From Promethearchaeota archaeon (GTDB taxonomy: Archaea > Asgardarchaeota > Lokiarchaeia > Sigyniarchaeales > SOKP01), in contig JABXKD010000010.1 of assembly GCA_013375475.1 (NCBI GenBank), positions 1 through 63,638 on the forward strand: DNA of 63,638 nt. Direction: 5' to 3'. Positions 1-9,958 of this stretch are shown piece after piece. Each line of letters starts with the position of its first letter. The stretch's first letter is position 1. Position numbers and translations under genes: made by a program. The notes under the pieces are model-generated. The model had not been told where the DNA came from and did not search any database. It saw only the letters and a list, made by a program, of their open reading frames with translations.

Positions 1-142
1 AATCTCTTAATTTTTCAATCATTTCGTTAACATCAAAATAAATGTTTCCAGTTTCCCTCCAACTCTCGTAAGTTACTTCCACTTTCTTTTTCAATTTCTC
101 TAAAACATCGTCAGATATACTAGCAGTTATAAAAGCTCTCAT
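1..142 (-). CDS. N-terminus of a probable D-isomer 2-hydroxyacid/phosphoglycerate dehydrogenase-family protein (runs off the window)
   Basis: ATG at 142 opens MRAFITASISDDVLEKLKKKVEVTYESWRETGNIYFDVNEMIEKLRD; resembles the substrate-binding N-terminus of this family; co-oriented with the upstream kinase operon. Confidence 0.5.
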   Translation of the reverse strand, partial: MRAFITASISDDVLEKLKKKVEVTYESWRETGNIYFDVNEMIEKLRD

Positions 143-234
143 TTTATATCACATCAATTAGAAAATAATTCGTTAATTTGGCTATAAAATAGTAAATACC
201 AAATAATAAAAATAAGAATAATAGTTATATTTTT

Positions 235-585
235 TTAAAACATTAGGCTTTTTAGTTTCATTAAGTTCCGAATTTGACCTTCTATTACCTTAATTTTTCC
301 AGCGGAATATGCTTTTACTGCACCAATTTTCTTATTGAATAAATCCACCATTACATTTTCAGAGGAAAATTCTATCTTTACCGGAGCGTTCTCATCGCTC
401 GAATTGTCTTTTATTTCAATGCCTTGATCTTTATTAACTAATAACATAACACTACGATTAGTATCTAAGAACGTAATTTGTATGGGATCTTCATAATTTG
501 CTAATTTCCTCCTTACTTTTTCGGTATCTTGATACCTCCTTTCGATTTCTTTTAAACACGATTCTATACTCTCAAACTCTGACAA
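235..585 (-). CDS. SCP2 sterol/lipid-binding domain protein
   Basis: 116 aa; C-terminal 'DLFNKKIGAVKAYSAGKIKVIEGQIRNLMKL' fits the SCP2 signature (A..sGkikv.G....mkl); TTG start behind a GGTGTG SD. Confidence 0.75.
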   Translation of the reverse strand: MSEFESIESCLKEIERRYQDTEKVRRKLANYEDPIQITFLDTNRSVMLLVNKDQGIEIKDNSSDENAPVKIEFSSENVMVDLFNKKIGAVKAYSAGKIKVIEGQIRNLMKLKSLMF

Positions 586-660
586 TTTTTCACACCCCTA
601 AAATACAACTAACTTCTGAATGATATAATTATCTTTCTCTTATAAAAATATTACAATCAT

Positions 661-2175
661 TTATAACTGATCCATTTTATTTTTGAGATTTTTCCAATCT
701 AAATAAATAGATTTGTATAATTCTGAAATTTTTGGATCACTCCTTAGATTCTCATATTTAATTAATTCTTTAATTATGGCTTTATAATCTGAATAAATAT
801 CTAAAGCTTTAAGCGAATTCATTGCTACACCTATAAAAGCTGAATCTCTCTCAAGTGGGATAGAAATATCAGCATTCAAAACATTTACTAACAATTTGTT
901 AAACTCTTCCGACTTAGCCATACCACCCGCACAGAATGTAGCTAATTCTATATTCACCAAGTTTTTTAAAGCCTGATAGTTTTCAAATATTCCAAAAGCA
1001 ATATTTTCAAGAACACTTCTAGCAAAATCTTCAATATTTGGGAGTTCTTCAGAAATCATTATAGGAGGTTGAAAAGTAAAAATACCTCTTTTTATGGAAG
1101 TTTGATTTTTAATGTTCATGTTTTCTGGTCCTAAGAACGCAAAAGTTGATAACGCTCCAGGTGGTGACGATTTTAAGTATTTGTCCATCATGAAATCTGG
1201 ATTATCCTTGGAATTGGATAAAAAACATTGCTTAAACCAATTATAAGAAGCACCTGTATTGCCTGCGTGGCCTTCTAACAACCATTTTCCCTTAACTACA
1301 TGACAAGATGTCCAATAGTTACGCGAAGGGTCAATAATTGGTTTATTTACCACGACATGAAGTGGAGTTGTTGTTCCCAAACTTATACCTAAATCTCCCT
1401 CATCAATAGCCCCCATTCCTAACAAAGTTGCTTGAGTATCACCCCCCGTTTTAATTATCGGAATATTTACATTTTTCATATTAAAATTATTTACTAATTC
1501 TGGCTTTAAATCACCAACAATAGTACCAGATTCTACTATATCAGGAAATATATCCGGATTAAAATCAAATGTTTCAATAATCTCTGAACTCCATTCCCTT
1601 TTTTTAATATCCAATAGCTGGGATTCCGCAGCAGATGAGTAATCAGTAACATATTTACCAGTAAGTTGGTGAATTACCCAATCATCTAACATTAATACTT
1701 TGTTTATTTTTGCATAATTCTTCTCTTCTTCTTCTCTAAACCATAATAACCTTGCTAATGTAAATAAAAAAGAAGGACTGTGGCCCGTTATCTCGAAAAG
1801 ATCTTTTTCTGAAAACTCATCTTCTATTAAATAAGCTGAATCTAATCCACGAATATCTATATTAGGTCCTCCATAAACAACATTTCCCTCTTGATCTAAA
1901 AATACGGATGCAATCCTTTGAGCACAAGACGAAATACCTATTACATTGAGATTTTGATTCCTTCCCTTGTGTAAAATATGATCTATTCCATTAACAATTT
2001 TATTCCAAAGAATATCCATATCAAGACTTTTAACAAAACCATCGATATCCTCATTGATAATATTTAATTTCTGCCTTTTGAAATCAACTACTTCTAAATC
2101 TTCTGAAACTAATCCGACTTTTACGGAATTAGATGAAATATCGATTACAAGAATCACATTTCCATAATTTTCCAT
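661..2175 (-). CDS. FGGY-family carbohydrate kinase
   Basis: VIDISSNSVK, TDYSSAAESQLLD, GGDTQ, LGTT and AGGMAKS motifs of FGGY kinases. Confidence 0.9.
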   Translation of the reverse strand: MENYGNVILVIDISSNSVKVGLVSEDLEVVDFKRQKLNIINEDIDGFVKSLDMDILWNKIVNGIDHILHKGRNQNLNVIGISSCAQRIASVFLDQEGNVVYGGPNIDIRGLDSAYLIEDEFSEKDLFEITGHSPSFLFTLARLLWFREEEEKNYAKINKVLMLDDWVIHQLTGKYVTDYSSAAESQLLDIKKREWSSEIIETFDFNPDIFPDIVESGTIVGDLKPELVNNFNMKNVNIPIIKTGGDTQATLLGMGAIDEGDLGISLGTTTPLHVVVNKPIIDPSRNYWTSCHVVKGKWLLEGHAGNTGASYNWFKQCFLSNSKDNPDFMMDKYLKSSPPGALSTFAFLGPENMNIKNQTSIKRGIFTFQPPIMISEELPNIEDFARSVLENIAFGIFENYQALKNLVNIELATFCAGGMAKSEEFNKLLVNVLNADISIPLERDSAFIGVAMNSLKALDIYSDYKAIIKELIKYENLRSDPKISELYKSIYLDWKNLKNKMDQL

Positions 2176-2200
2176 GATTTTTCCTTTTTACCCTAGTTAA

Positions 2201-2842
2201 TTAGGATTTAGTGAGATATTTCCGAACAATTTCTCCCCGTGGAACTTTTTCTTCAAATAAAATCGCTTGAAATGAATATATTTTGGTTCTTTTTATATCT
2301 CTCCAAGCATCAGAAGAGAGCCAGGCCTTACTACATGTATGCTCTAAAAAGGTTTTCACGTCCCAATTTCGATTGTGGTCAACAGGAACTTGTGGGAGTA
2401 ATAAACCCCTTCGCATACCTTTCTCTGCTATGAGTCCATCTCTTCCTATTACAATTTTTTCAAGATATTCCAACGGATCGTTTACTTCAATTAATTTCGG
2501 GGGCGTTAATATTGAAATCTCAATAACGATATTGTCCATTTCATCAAGAGTGACGGATGGAAAGCGTGGATCTTCCGTAGCAGAACTTACTGACACTCTA
2601 TGAACTACATCAAATAATGAGTAATTAGGTTCAATATATCCTATACAACCTCTTAAAGGATTGCCTTCAAAATTATGAACATTTAAAGTTACAAAAACAC
2701 CATATTTATCAGAAAATTTTTCCTTTAGACTATCTGAAACTATAATTCTTTTACTATTTTCAAGGTAATACTCAATATTTTCCCTCGCAAATTTAATTAG
2801 AGTTTTTCCTTCCTCCAATGTAAACAATTCTTTGTCTGTCAT
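2201..2842 (-). CDS. AMMECR1-domain protein (AmmeMemoRadiSam protein A)
   Basis: GVFVTL...LRGCIG, DPRF and GLLLPQV motifs. Confidence 0.95.
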   Translation of the reverse strand: MTDKELFTLEEGKTLIKFARENIEYYLENSKRIIVSDSLKEKFSDKYGVFVTLNVHNFEGNPLRGCIGYIEPNYSLFDVVHRVSVSSATEDPRFPSVTLDEMDNIVIEISILTPPKLIEVNDPLEYLEKIVIGRDGLIAEKGMRRGLLLPQVPVDHNRNWDVKTFLEHTCSKAWLSSDAWRDIKRTKIYSFQAILFEEKVPRGEIVRKYLTKS

Positions 2843-2903
2843 GATTTCACTCTTAGAACTTGCATTAAGTATATAATAGTGGACGGTTAATTATAATAAT
2901 AAC

Positions 2904-4298
2904 TTAAGTTAAATGTTTTAAAATATTACCATTAGGTTCAGCATTCTCATTATTTATTTCGATTCCGCCTAAAAAAACTTTCCATATAAGAACAGTAGAG
3001 ATATATTCTTCAAACGGAGAAAATTTTGCTTTTGTTTTGAACGCTTCTGGTTTAATAGGATATCCTGGAATCTTATCTATTACGATTAAATCAGCATCGT
3101 AACCTGCTTTAATTAATCCCTTATTCTTAATTTTAAATATCGTTGCGGGGTTTTCTGAAGTAACCTTAACAAAAGTTTCAAGAGAAAGTTCATTGTTATA
3201 AACTTTATCTAACAATGTTAATGGGTAGGTTTCAAATCCAGGAAATCCCGAAGGTGCTTCTACATAATCTCGAGCTTTTTCTTCTTGCGTATGAGGCGCG
3301 TGATCCGTACCTATAAGGCTTATGCTCCCTTCCTTAAGTGCTTTAAATAGAAAGATGGGGTGTTCTTCATTTCTTAAAGGAGGTAGAACTTTCCCATAGT
3401 TAGGATTACTTAGGTGTAATGTACTTGCTAATAAAAGGTGGTGTGGTGTTGTTTCGAAGGTAATTTTTAAGTTTGTTTTCATATTTAAAGCTTTTCGTAT
3501 TAATGAATAACTATCTTTACAACTAATATGGCAAAAATGTAATATTGGATAATTTTCCGCGCTCAGATTCATATCTATAATAACTTTATAATAATTGTCA
3601 AGAAGAAAGTTTACATATTTAGCTTCTTGAGAGATTGGGTGTAGCTTATTGTGCAATTCCAACACGGGCGTATTAATCAGAGTATTATTAGTATAAATTT
3701 CATTCTTTTCTTCAGGAGATAAAGGCCAATCTGGGTGTACGAATATAGGAATTTGCAGTTTGGACGAGATACTAAGAATTTTCTGAACATTCAAATGATC
3801 TGTCCAATCTACCTCATTTAAAGATCCTAATGGATAAATTTTAAAGCCAATAACGCCTAATTCAATAATTGAAGTAATTTCTTTGAAATTAATATCTTTA
3901 GGAACTCCCGCAATAAATCCCACGTTCACGTATATGTTGTTTTTCGCTTTTTGCATCCATTTTTTAATTTGAGTTGCGTTAATCGCGGGGGGGATCGTAT
4001 TAGGCATATTAAAAACTGTCGTAATCCCCGAGAAAGCAGCAGCTAAAGTCCCAGAAGAAAATGTTTCTTTTTCACTTTGTCCCATATCTCTTAAATGAGA
4101 ATGGATATCAATTATTCCTGGTAGGATTTTTCTCTTTTCGCAATCTATTTCTATCCCATCTTCATTTTTGCTTCGAATGGATTTTATGCTATCTGTAGAG
4201 TTATTATTGAGAATAGTTATAATTTTTCCATTAAGAATTAATAAAGCTCCATGATGGAGTGAACCATTATAATATATAAGCGCGTTTCTTAATATCAT
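2904..4298 (-). CDS. pyrC: Dihydroorotase (amidohydrolase family)
   Basis: PGIIDIHSHLRD, MPNTIP, HFCHIS, ETTPHHL, TDHAPH and GYDADL motifs. Confidence 0.9.
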   Translation of the reverse strand: MILRNALIYYNGSLHHGALLILNGKIITILNNNSTDSIKSIRSKNEDGIEIDCEKRKILPGIIDIHSHLRDMGQSEKETFSSGTLAAAFSGITTVFNMPNTIPPAINATQIKKWMQKAKNNIYVNVGFIAGVPKDINFKEITSIIELGVIGFKIYPLGSLNEVDWTDHLNVQKILSISSKLQIPIFVHPDWPLSPEEKNEIYTNNTLINTPVLELHNKLHPISQEAKYVNFLLDNYYKVIIDMNLSAENYPILHFCHISCKDSYSLIRKALNMKTNLKITFETTPHHLLLASTLHLSNPNYGKVLPPLRNEEHPIFLFKALKEGSISLIGTDHAPHTQEEKARDYVEAPSGFPGFETYPLTLLDKVYNNELSLETFVKVTSENPATIFKIKNKGLIKAGYDADLIVIDKIPGYPIKPEAFKTKAKFSPFEEYISTVLIWKVFLGGIEINNENAEPNGNILKHLT

Positions 4299-4960
4299 TA
4301 CTTTATTTCTGTATCAAAATTATTTTTTTGGTCAATTAGATAATTGATATATAAGATTTTATCTTCAATCCCTTTTATATGTGAAAGATTAGTAAATACT
4401 AAATTAAGTTTATCATCCATTATTCTCAAAAAATCAACTGTACCCTGTGAGTTTTGAGGAAAAGGCAAAACATAGCAATAATCACTAAGTTTATCTAAAT
4501 CCTCTAAGTAGATAATATTTCGATGTGTATTTTCTTTTTTAAATCCATTAATAACAATTATTTTATCATAATATAAATCATGGATATTTTCCAAAATTGA
4601 TTCACTATTCTGCAATCTTTTAACTAAAATCCCTGGAGTAGATATTTGCATTTTTTGCCCATTATTTTTTTCAAGCCCATTTATTTTATCCAATGCTCTT
4701 TTTAAGAGCAGAGCTTGAGATCTCTCGTCCGAACCCAAGTATCTTAAAGTACTGCCTTCAAACTTTATCAAAATCTTGGGAGAATCAACATAGAAATATA
4801 AATTATTGTTTTTTCTTATAGAATAAGAACAACAGAAAGCCTCTCGTATGATTGAGCACAACTTATAAATGTCAAGAGGAGTTTTTCCTTTATCGATTGT
4901 GTTCTTGGAAAATTTAGAGATTTTTTCAATTAGTATTAAAAAATTAACCAAAGTTATCAA
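4298..4960 (-). CDS. TrmY-like (tRNA pseudouridine-54 N1-methyltransferase, SPOUT/DUF358) protein, divergent
   Basis: 'AFCCSYSIRKN...LRYLGSDERS...STPGI' matches the TrmY N-terminal half; adjacent to srp54; C-terminal SAM-knot motif not evident. Confidence 0.65.
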   Translation of the reverse strand: MITLVNFLILIEKISKFSKNTIDKGKTPLDIYKLCSIIREAFCCSYSIRKNNNLYFYVDSPKILIKFEGSTLRYLGSDERSQALLLKRALDKINGLEKNNGQKMQISTPGILVKRLQNSESILENIHDLYYDKIIVINGFKKENTHRNIIYLEDLDKLSDYCYVLPFPQNSQGTVDFLRIMDDKLNLVFTNLSHIKGIEDKILYINYLIDQKNNFDTEIK

Positions 4961-4980
4961 TTCAAATATATATATTAAGC

Positions 4981-6351
4981 TTAAAAGTCCTTTCCTAATT
5001 TATCCATGAACTGAGCACCTGCTTTTCCCATTCCGGGAAGACCCGGTATTCCTTTTCCCTTTTTCTGCATTTGTAAAGCCTTCTTCATAAACTTTTTCAT
5101 TTGATTATATTGATCAAGCATTCTGTTTATTGTAGTATAATCTGTGCCGCTTCCAATGGCAATTCTTCTTTTTCTAGTTTTTTTAATAATTTTTGGATCA
5201 TCTTTTTCTTCTTGAGTTAGTGAATTCAAGACTACTTCCCATTTCTTTAGATTTTCTTCGGCATCTTCAGTTAAAGCCTCAGGAATATTGCCACCCCCCA
5301 TCATTGCAAGTATTTGTTTCATTTTTCCAACTTTTTTAATACTTTTCAACTGAATATAAAGATCATCCAGTGTAAATTTACCTTTCATCATTCGCTTAAC
5401 CATGTCTGGATCTACATCAATTTCAGCTTCTTGTACGCGTTTAACCAAGCCCTCTATATCTGGAACGCCCAATAATGTGCCTACAAATGCTGTGGGATTG
5501 AATTCCTCAAAATCCTCTAATTTTTCTCCAACACCTATAAATCTAATTGATTGATTAGTAGCGGCACAAGCAGAGAGTGCGCCACCTCCCTTAGCTGTTC
5601 CGTCTAGTTTAGTAACAATTATACTACCAATATTAGTAGCCTTAGCAAACTCTTCTGCTTGTGAATAAGCTTGTTGCCCTAAACTTCCATCGATTACTAA
5701 AATTACTTCATTAGGTTTTAGACTAGCTTCAATTTTTTCCATTTCTTTCATTAATTCTTTTTCTTCCTTATGTCGACCGGCTGTATCAACGATAATAATA
5801 TCGTGTTCGTCATTAATTGCTTTCTTCGTTTCTTTAACGGCAAGCTTAATGGCATTTTTTTCGTTAGGATTTCCATAACACTTTATCCCAATTTGACTCG
5901 TTAGCTGAACTAGTTGTTCATATGCTCCTGGTCGCCATGTATCTGTCGTGACTGCAGCCACCTTATATCCCTTGCTCTTATAAAATCGCGATAACTTCCC
6001 AACCGTCGTAGTTTTTCCTGAACCTTGAATTCCAACAAGCAATATAACATTACTTTTCCCCGGTTTTATCCTAATAGGTGCAGATTTCCCCCCTATGGTG
6101 TTGACCAACTCATCATGAACTAGTTTAATTATAAAATCTTTCCTTCTCGCTCTTTGTAAATTAGTGTTCATCGCGTCTTTCTTAATAGTTTCGGTCATCT
6201 GAAAAACTAATTCAACTTTTACATCAGCACTCAGTAAGGCTCTTTGTAAATCCTGGATAATTGCATTAATTACTTCCTTGTCAATTTTAGGTAATCCACG
6301 CAATTTTCGCATTATTGATTCTAAATCTTTTCCTAGTTTCTTAAATGCCAT
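4981..6351 (-). CDS. srp54: Signal recognition particle protein SRP54
   Basis: [26 protein letters not shown]; Met-rich M domain with RIAIGSG. Confidence 0.98.
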   Translation of the reverse strand: MAFKKLGKDLESIMRKLRGLPKIDKEVINAIIQDLQRALLSADVKVELVFQMTETIKKDAMNTNLQRARRKDFIIKLVHDELVNTIGGKSAPIRIKPGKSNVILLVGIQGSGKTTTVGKLSRFYKSKGYKVAAVTTDTWRPGAYEQLVQLTSQIGIKCYGNPNEKNAIKLAVKETKKAINDEHDIIIVDTAGRHKEEKELMKEMEKIEASLKPNEVILVIDGSLGQQAYSQAEEFAKATNIGSIIVTKLDGTAKGGGALSACAATNQSIRFIGVGEKLEDFEEFNPTAFVGTLLGVPDIEGLVKRVQEAEIDVDPDMVKRMMKGKFTLDDLYIQLKSIKKVGKMKQILAMMGGGNIPEALTEDAEENLKKWEVVLNSLTQEEKDDPKIIKKTRKRRIAIGSGTDYTTINRMLDQYNQMKKFMKKALQMQKKGKGIPGLPGMGKAGAQFMDKLGKDF

Positions 6352-6777
6352 AATTCAAAGGTCTTTGTATTTGTTATTTAATAATTGAATAAACAAAGAC
6401 TAATATTTTTTTTTATATGATGATAATATTATATAAAAAAGAAATTTGAAAATAAAAACTTCTGGACTACTCAACTTTCACTACCTCTATGTGATTTGAA
6501 TAATATAATAAATTCCTCGAACTTTTGCTTTCTATTTTTATAGATGCTCCAATCATAAACATATGAGTTGACCTTCAGAACTATATTTAGTAGGTATTCT
6601 AACCACTTAGTCCTGACATAACAATATTTACAATTTAACAAATATAAAATGAAAAGCAAATTTTTTTTTCACTTTCATTATGTATGAGATAGAATTCAAT
6701 TCTATTCGAAAAAGCGAAATTTATTTTTCTGAACAAACATAGTATTATTATTAAATAAAAAGTAAAAAAGAAAAAAA

Positions 6778-7206
6778 ATGTCAATTCGTAGAACTGAAAT
6801 TCAAAAGTTAAAAACAGGCCAGTATATCATGGTCGAAGATGAACCGTGCATTATTAAAGCAACTGAACGATCTAAAAGTGGTAAACATGGGCATGCGAAA
6901 GTTCGAGTTGTATGTGTAGGGGTGTTCGACAATAACAAAAGATCTCTCACCATTCCCTCTGGACATATGTGTGAAATCCCCGAAATCATCAAGGGTACAG
7001 CTCAGATTAATTTTATTGAAGAAAATTCTATCAATATTATGGATTTAGAAACATACCAATCGGTGGATGTTAATTGGCCCGTAGAAGAAGACTTAAAGAC
7101 GAAATTAAAAGAATTACAAGCGAACCCCGGCAAGATGTCATTAGCGCAAGTGGATTATTGGCAGCTTGCAGGAAAAACACTGATAAACAGAGTTATTGTT
7201 AATTAA
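6778..7206 (+). CDS. eif5a: Translation factor aIF5A/eIF5A
   Basis: Hypusine loop SKSGKHGHAKV. Confidence 0.97.
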   Translation: MSIRRTEIQKLKTGQYIMVEDEPCIIKATERSKSGKHGHAKVRVVCVGVFDNNKRSLTIPSGHMCEIPEIIKGTAQINFIEENSINIMDLETYQSVDVNWPVEEDLKTKLKELQANPGKMSLAQVDYWQLAGKTLINRVIVN

Positions 7207-7314
7207 TAAGGTAATAGAACAGACTAAAAGAGCATTAGTATCAAATTCCCAAATTTTAATATTTCTTAATTTGTATTATTCTTGAGAAAAACCTAAAAAA
7301 GAAACCTGAGATTC

Positions 7315-8241
7315 ATGGATAAAAAACCCATTTCATTAGCTTGCAGAATGGACTCTGAGAGAGCGATTAAATTAACAAAGAAGATTTTTGAATTTCTCGT
7401 AAAAAAAGGCGAAGTTGTGCAAATGGAAACCAGAATCGCTCCAAAGATCTTTCCACATAGTGCTAAAGATTTAAAGGAAATGACTGCTGAAAACACTAAA
7501 TTTTTAATCTCTATTGGTGGAGATGGGACAATATTAAGAGTAGCAGGTAGTCTGCCCCAACGCGACGCACCACCTATTTTAGGAGTAAATATTGGATCAA
7601 TAGGTTTTTTAGACGAATCTAATGAGAGAACCGTTTTTAACGATATAATCCGCGTGTTGAAAGGAGACTTCTTAATCGAGAAGTGTTCTAAATTAACACC
7701 TTTCATAGTTAAAGGTTCAGAAGAAATTAGATTGAGTAACGCTTTAAACGAAATCTTGATTATTTCATCGAAGAGCTCAAAAGTCCTTTTAGCGTCCGTT
7801 AAAATAAATGGATGTTTTCTAAATCGTAGTTATTTGGATGGGATAATTATATCTACATCTGTAGGCTCTACAGCTTATAATTTAAGCGCGGGAGGTGCGA
7901 TTGTTAAATCTAATATGGATACTATGCAATTAACTCCATTAAACAGTTTTGCCCGATCAGGATTGAAACCAATAGTACTTCCAATTGATAGCGAGATTGA
8001 AGTACAACTTTTAAGACAACGTCTAAGCGCAAAAATTATTATTGATGGACAAAAAACCATAAAGGAAATCCAACCAAAGACAATTATTAAAATACGTAAA
8101 GCAAATTCAAATACAAGTTTTGTTCGTCTTTCCAAAAGTATAAGTGATAATTATATTAGGCGTTTAAGAAAAAAAATTATAGGAACTATAAAGGTGCCTT
8201 TAGACGACAGTCCAGAAGAAGAATTCAACTCTGGTTTTTGA
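7315..8241 (+). CDS. nadK: NAD(+) kinase
   Basis: GGDGT, GVNIGSIGFL, ALNE, DGIIISTSVGSTAYNLSAGG. Confidence 0.97.
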   Translation: MDKKPISLACRMDSERAIKLTKKIFEFLVKKGEVVQMETRIAPKIFPHSAKDLKEMTAENTKFLISIGGDGTILRVAGSLPQRDAPPILGVNIGSIGFLDESNERTVFNDIIRVLKGDFLIEKCSKLTPFIVKGSEEIRLSNALNEILIISSKSSKVLLASVKINGCFLNRSYLDGIIISTSVGSTAYNLSAGGAIVKSNMDTMQLTPLNSFARSGLKPIVLPIDSEIEVQLLRQRLSAKIIIDGQKTIKEIQPKTIIKIRKANSNTSFVRLSKSISDNYIRRLRKKIIGTIKVPLDDSPEEEFNSGF

Positions 8242-8758
8242 TACAAATATATTTTTAACTGGCATAGATTTTAATTATTTTAAAGAAACAATATTTTCTA
8301 CTCCAGCAATAATTAATGAGATTAAGGTTGAAAGGTATAAAGACCAGAATAGAAATATATTACAAAGAATAGAACTTGCTATAGAAATAGAAAAATTAGT
8401 CATAAAAGAACCTAATGAATATTTTATAAAACTTGTGGAAGAAAAATCTAAAGTAACTGGTGATATTAAAGCTTTATCAAAACCGGATTTAGATTTAGTT
8501 GCTTTAGCTTTAGATTTGATGAACACTACAAATAATGAGATAATACTATATACAAACGATTATTCCATGGAAAATTTATGCAGCGAATTAGCAATCAAGT
8601 TTAAAACATTATTTAAGAATGGGATTAAAAATAAGATTTATTTTGAAGTTTATTGTCCCTACTGTAAGACAACATACAAGTCTGAAGATTTGAATAAAAG
8701 TTGTGAAAGGTGTGGATTAAAACTCAAAAGACGTTTTTTAAAAAAAGAAAAATTATAG
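8204..8758 (+). CDS. nob1: NOB1-family PIN endonuclease with C-terminal Zn ribbon; true start lies upstream of the ORF-track call, probably ACG 8204 or CTG 8231
   Basis: Frame is open from 8204: TTVQKKNSTLVFDTNIFLTG...TPAIINEI...TGDIKALSKPDLDLVALA...TNDYSMEN...CPYC..CERCG; the catalytic VFDTN lies upstream of the first GTG (8435). Confidence 0.9.
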   Translation, partial: TTVQKKNSTLVFDTNIFLTGIDFNYFKETIFSTPAIINEIKVERYKDQNRNILQRIELAIEIEKLVIKEPNEYFIKLVEEKSKVTGDIKALSKPDLDLVALALDLMNTTNNEIILYTNDYSMENLCSELAIKFKTLFKNGIKNKIYFEVYCPYCKTTYKSEDLNKSCERCGLKLKRRFLKKEKL

Positions 8759-8818
8759 TGCAAAATATATAGATGAAAAACCAAATTAATATTGGATTAA
8801 AATATTAAAAGATAAACC

Positions 8819-9874
8819 ATGGGCACTAAAATTAACGAGCTAGTGAAAGAAGTAAGAAGGACTATAACATTTGAAAACCTTTTAAACAAACATATTGCCA
8901 TAGACGCTTTTAACACGATCTATCAATTTTTAGCCATAATTAGGCAAAAAGATGGCACTCCCTTAAAAGATTATAATGGAAATGTGACTTCTCATCTATC
9001 TGGATTGTTTTACAGAACGATTAACTTTTTAGAGCATAACATTAAACCTATTTATGTATTTGACGGAATTCCTTCTGAATTAAAACTAGAAACTATAAAA
9101 GAAAGAAAGAAGATCAAGGAAAAAGCCACACAAAAAATGATTACTGCACAAGAGAAAGAAGATTTTGGGGAAGCAAAAAAATTTGCTCAAATGACATCTA
9201 AATTAGATTCTGGCATGATTAACGAGAGCAAAAAGCTATTGAAATATCTTGGTATTCCAATTGTCGAAGCTAGTTCTGAGGGAGAAGCCCAATCTGCTTT
9301 TTTAGTTGAAAATGGTGATGCTTGGGCGTGTGCATCTCAGGACTATGACACATTGTTATTTGGGGGAGAAAGATTGATACGGAACTTTGCTGTCAGTAGG
9401 AGTAAAAAACTTAAAAATACTACGGTAACTCTCGATATAGAATATATTTCGCTATCAAAGTTTCTTGATAGTTTAAAAATTACTCGTGAACAATTAATTG
9501 AAATGGGGATTTTAATTGGAACAGATTTTTTTCCGGGAATTAAGGGAATTGGTCAACATAAAGCTCTCGATCTAATCAAAAAATATGGTTCGTTAGAAAA
9601 TTTAACAAAAAATAATGTAAAAGTTGGTAACATTGAAATTAAACTTGACAAAGATCTAATTAAACAGATAAAAGAGATCTTTTTATACCCAAATATTAAA
9701 AAAAATTATCCAAAGATAATCTGGGAAAAAATAAAATACGATGAAGTTGAGGAATTACTGATCGAACAACATAATTTTTCAAAACAGAGAGTCCAAAACG
9801 CCATCGAGCGTTTAAAAAAGCAAAACTCTTCAAAAACACAAGTGTCTTTAGATAGTTTCTTCAAAAAAAATTAA
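8819..9874 (+). CDS. fen: Flap endonuclease 1
   Basis: IDAFNTIYQFL, YVFDG, EGEAQ, SQDYD, GTDF; C-terminal PIP box QVSLDSFF. Confidence 0.98.
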   Translation: MGTKINELVKEVRRTITFENLLNKHIAIDAFNTIYQFLAIIRQKDGTPLKDYNGNVTSHLSGLFYRTINFLEHNIKPIYVFDGIPSELKLETIKERKKIKEKATQKMITAQEKEDFGEAKKFAQMTSKLDSGMINESKKLLKYLGIPIVEASSEGEAQSAFLVENGDAWACASQDYDTLLFGGERLIRNFAVSRSKKLKNTTVTLDIEYISLSKFLDSLKITREQLIEMGILIGTDFFPGIKGIGQHKALDLIKKYGSLENLTKNNVKVGNIEIKLDKDLIKQIKEIFLYPNIKKNYPKIIWEKIKYDEVEELLIEQHNFSKQRVQNAIERLKKQNSSKTQVSLDSFFKKN

Positions 9875-9958
9875 TTTTTATTGTTAAAAAAAGCAAAAAT
9901 TTTTACAAAATTAATATTTCATAATTATATATAATATATTTTATTTATTCGAACGAAA

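Noticed and set aside
6471-6659. 62-aa ORF between srp54 and eif5a
   Set aside because: No motif or SD; lies in a divergent promoter region
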